11,135 nt of DNA from a virus (Duplodnaviria; Heunggongvirae; Uroviricota; Caudoviricetes). The notes below the pieces were generated by a model, which was given only the letters and a program-made list of their open reading frames with translations, was not told the origin of the DNA and searched no databases. The translations under genes were made by a program, and so were the position numbers. Positions 9,049-11,135 of this stretch are shown here, piece by piece (position 1 is the first letter of the stretch; every line of letters starts with the position of its first letter). Where the stretch lies: IMG/VR virus record IMGVR_UViG_2606217110_000003; one strand, given 5' to 3'.

Positions 9049-9623
9049 CGCTTTATTACCATCCTAAGTTGATGCTGCAGCGCATAGCCCAGCTCTTTCG
9101 GAAGACGTTCACGCCGTATCTGCTCAATATTCTGTTTAAACGCCGTGGTCAGCGGCACCGCCATCGGGATTTTCACCACATCAATGGGGTAACGGTTTTT
9201 CCCGGCCACACGCTGCATGACATGCCACCGGCCATTTTTCAGTTGCTGAATAAACGCGCCGGGAATACGACGGTTACCCACCACAAGCACGCTGCCGCCA
9301 CCTTTCAGGGATGAGCGCTGCCCCTTTTTACGACGCCTGCGGCGGGACAGGACAACCCGCGCATTCCCCAGCCTGATTACGGGCAAATCCCCCCGGTTAA
9401 CCCTGATTCTGGCCTGCGGATTTTTGACCGTGGCCCTTTTCAGCCTGGCCCTTTCCTTTACCAGTTTCCGGCGTACCTTTGTCTCACGGGCAACCTGTGC
9501 CGCCGACTGCGATATCGCGGATGAAGCAACGCGGTTAATGGCCATTGCTGACGCACCAGGCACCGCCGTTTTGCTGATACGGCTGAGGTTTTCAACGGCC
9601 TGCTCAAGACCTTTTATGGCCAT
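9045..9623 (-). CDS. Z: Tail completion protein Z
   Basis: 192-aa ORF (MAIKGLEQAVENLSRISKTAVPGASAMAINR...), recognisably lambda gpZ; GGGGGA RBS upstream. Confidence 0.93.
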   Translation of the reverse strand: MAIKGLEQAVENLSRISKTAVPGASAMAINRVASSAISQSAAQVARETKVRRKLVKERARLKRATVKNPQARIRVNRGDLPVIRLGNARVVLSRRRRRKKGQRSSLKGGGSVLVVGNRRIPGAFIQQLKNGRWHVMQRVAGKNRYPIDVVKIPMAVPLTTAFKQNIEQIRRERLPKELGYALQHQLRMVIKR

Positions 9624-9634
9624 ACATCCCCCTT

Positions 9635-9988
9635 TCAGCGGCGACGGTTAACGGCAGGCGGCACGCCACGCCCAAGCCAGAGATGACAGCTTCCACCATC
9701 ATCCGGCGAAACCCGGTCTATCCAGAAGTTTTCCTCACCGATGGTCAGCGTGTCGCCGCGCCGCAGCTGCCGCACATCATCAGTCCGGACAAACAGGGAC
9801 GGGCTGGAGCCTTCAACGCGCACGCCCTGTCCGGCATAGCTGATATTTTCAGGGTCATCAAAAACACCACGTATTACTGCGCCGGACTGCTCACCGGATG
9901 TCATGGTGGCTGACGTTCCCATGTACCCGCGTATCGTTTCATCGGCGCGGGCAATGGCAGCATCGAACAGGTTATCGAAATCAGCCAC
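9635..9988 (-). CDS. FII: Head-tail joining protein FII
   Basis: 117-aa ORF (MADFDNLFDAAIARADETIRGYMGTSATMTSGEQ...), recognisably lambda gpFII; GGGAGG RBS upstream. Confidence 0.93.
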   Translation of the reverse strand: MADFDNLFDAAIARADETIRGYMGTSATMTSGEQSGAVIRGVFDDPENISYAGQGVRVEGSSPSLFVRTDDVRQLRRGDTLTIGEENFWIDRVSPDDGGSCHLWLGRGVPPAVNRRR

Positions 9989-9999
9989 AGCGCCTCCCG

Positions 10000-10395
10000 T
10001 TATTGCATTCTGGCCAGGCCGCGCTCTGTCATTTCGGCTGCCACACCGGCAGAGACACGAAACGCCGTTCCCGGCAGCACAAATGCCACAGGTTCATCCC
10101 GCGTGGCGTGAAGTGCATCGGTATGCAGCGTCACCAGTGCCACAACCGTGACCAGAGCAGCCGTATCAGTCACGGTATCCGTCTGTGCTGATACCACCTC
10201 ATTTTCATGTCCGGTCAGCGCATTTTCCGGGCTGACAGACGAGTCCTGACCGGCTCCGTCATCCGTGTCATCAAGCTCCTCTTCCAGCTCTGCCACACGG
10301 AGCGCCAGTTCTTCTTTCGTCCCCGTCAGGCTGACATCACGGTTCAGTTGCTCACCCAGCGACCGGAGACGGGCAATCAGTTCATCTTTCGTCAT
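10000..10395 (-). CDS. FI: DNA packaging / head assembly protein FI
   Basis: Track ORF 10000..10434; the start is placed at the internal MTKDELIARLRSLGEQLNRDVSLTG (ATG 10395-10393) preceded by GGAGGAGTCC, 131 aa; recognisably lambda gpFI with a variable Asp/Thr-rich linker. Confidence 0.9.
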   Translation of the reverse strand: MTKDELIARLRSLGEQLNRDVSLTGTKEELALRVAELEEELDDTDDGAGQDSSVSPENALTGHENEVVSAQTDTVTDTAALVTVVALVTLHTDALHATRDEPVAFVLPGTAFRVSAGVAAEMTERGLARMQ

Positions 10396-10404
10396 GGACT
10401 CCTC

Positions 10405-10432
10405 CACAGAGAGAAAATGGCCCCTAAGGGCC
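10405..10432 (-). terminator. E-FI intergenic stem-loop with U-rich tail (terminator-like or mRNA-stabilising hairpin)
   Basis: Minus strand immediately after the E stop: ATGGCCC-TTAG-GGGCCAT (perfect 7-bp stem, 4-nt loop) then TTTCTCTCTG, just upstream of the FI RBS. Confidence 0.3.
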
Positions 10433-10436
10433 ATGA

Positions 10437-10960
<524 letters not shown>

Positions 10961-10961
10961 G

Positions 10962-11135
<174 letters not shown>

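Noticed and set aside
10396-10434. Upstream ATG start for FI (144-aa version, MALRGHFLSVEES..)
   Set aside because: That ATG sits inside the E-FI hairpin 2 nt after the E stop with no RBS, whereas the internal MTKDEL start has a GGAGGA RBS and gives a lambda-length product.

Overview
The window is colinear with the late-operon head-tail and tail module of a phage-lambda-like prophage, with every gene on the minus strand. Reading right to left: a truncated major capsid gene E, then FI, FII, Z, U, V, G/T (with the conserved -1 frameshift heptamer), tape-measure gene H, M, L, K, I, and the first 694 codons of J running off the left edge. Gene lengths, 1-4 nt start/stop overlaps and the 103-nt K/I overlap match lambda. 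Two things break the pattern. (1) E is cut at about position 10905, where lambda-like sequence gives way to the 3' end of an insertion-sequence-like element encoding the C-terminus of an IS110-family-like transposase. (2) The reading frame of H is interrupted at least twice, while all other genes are intact. Together these suggest a defective prophage, unless the H frame breaks are assembly errors. No plus-strand gene, tRNA, rRNA or CRISPR array is supported. All comparisons to lambda are from memory of the lambda proteins and gene map, not from a database search.
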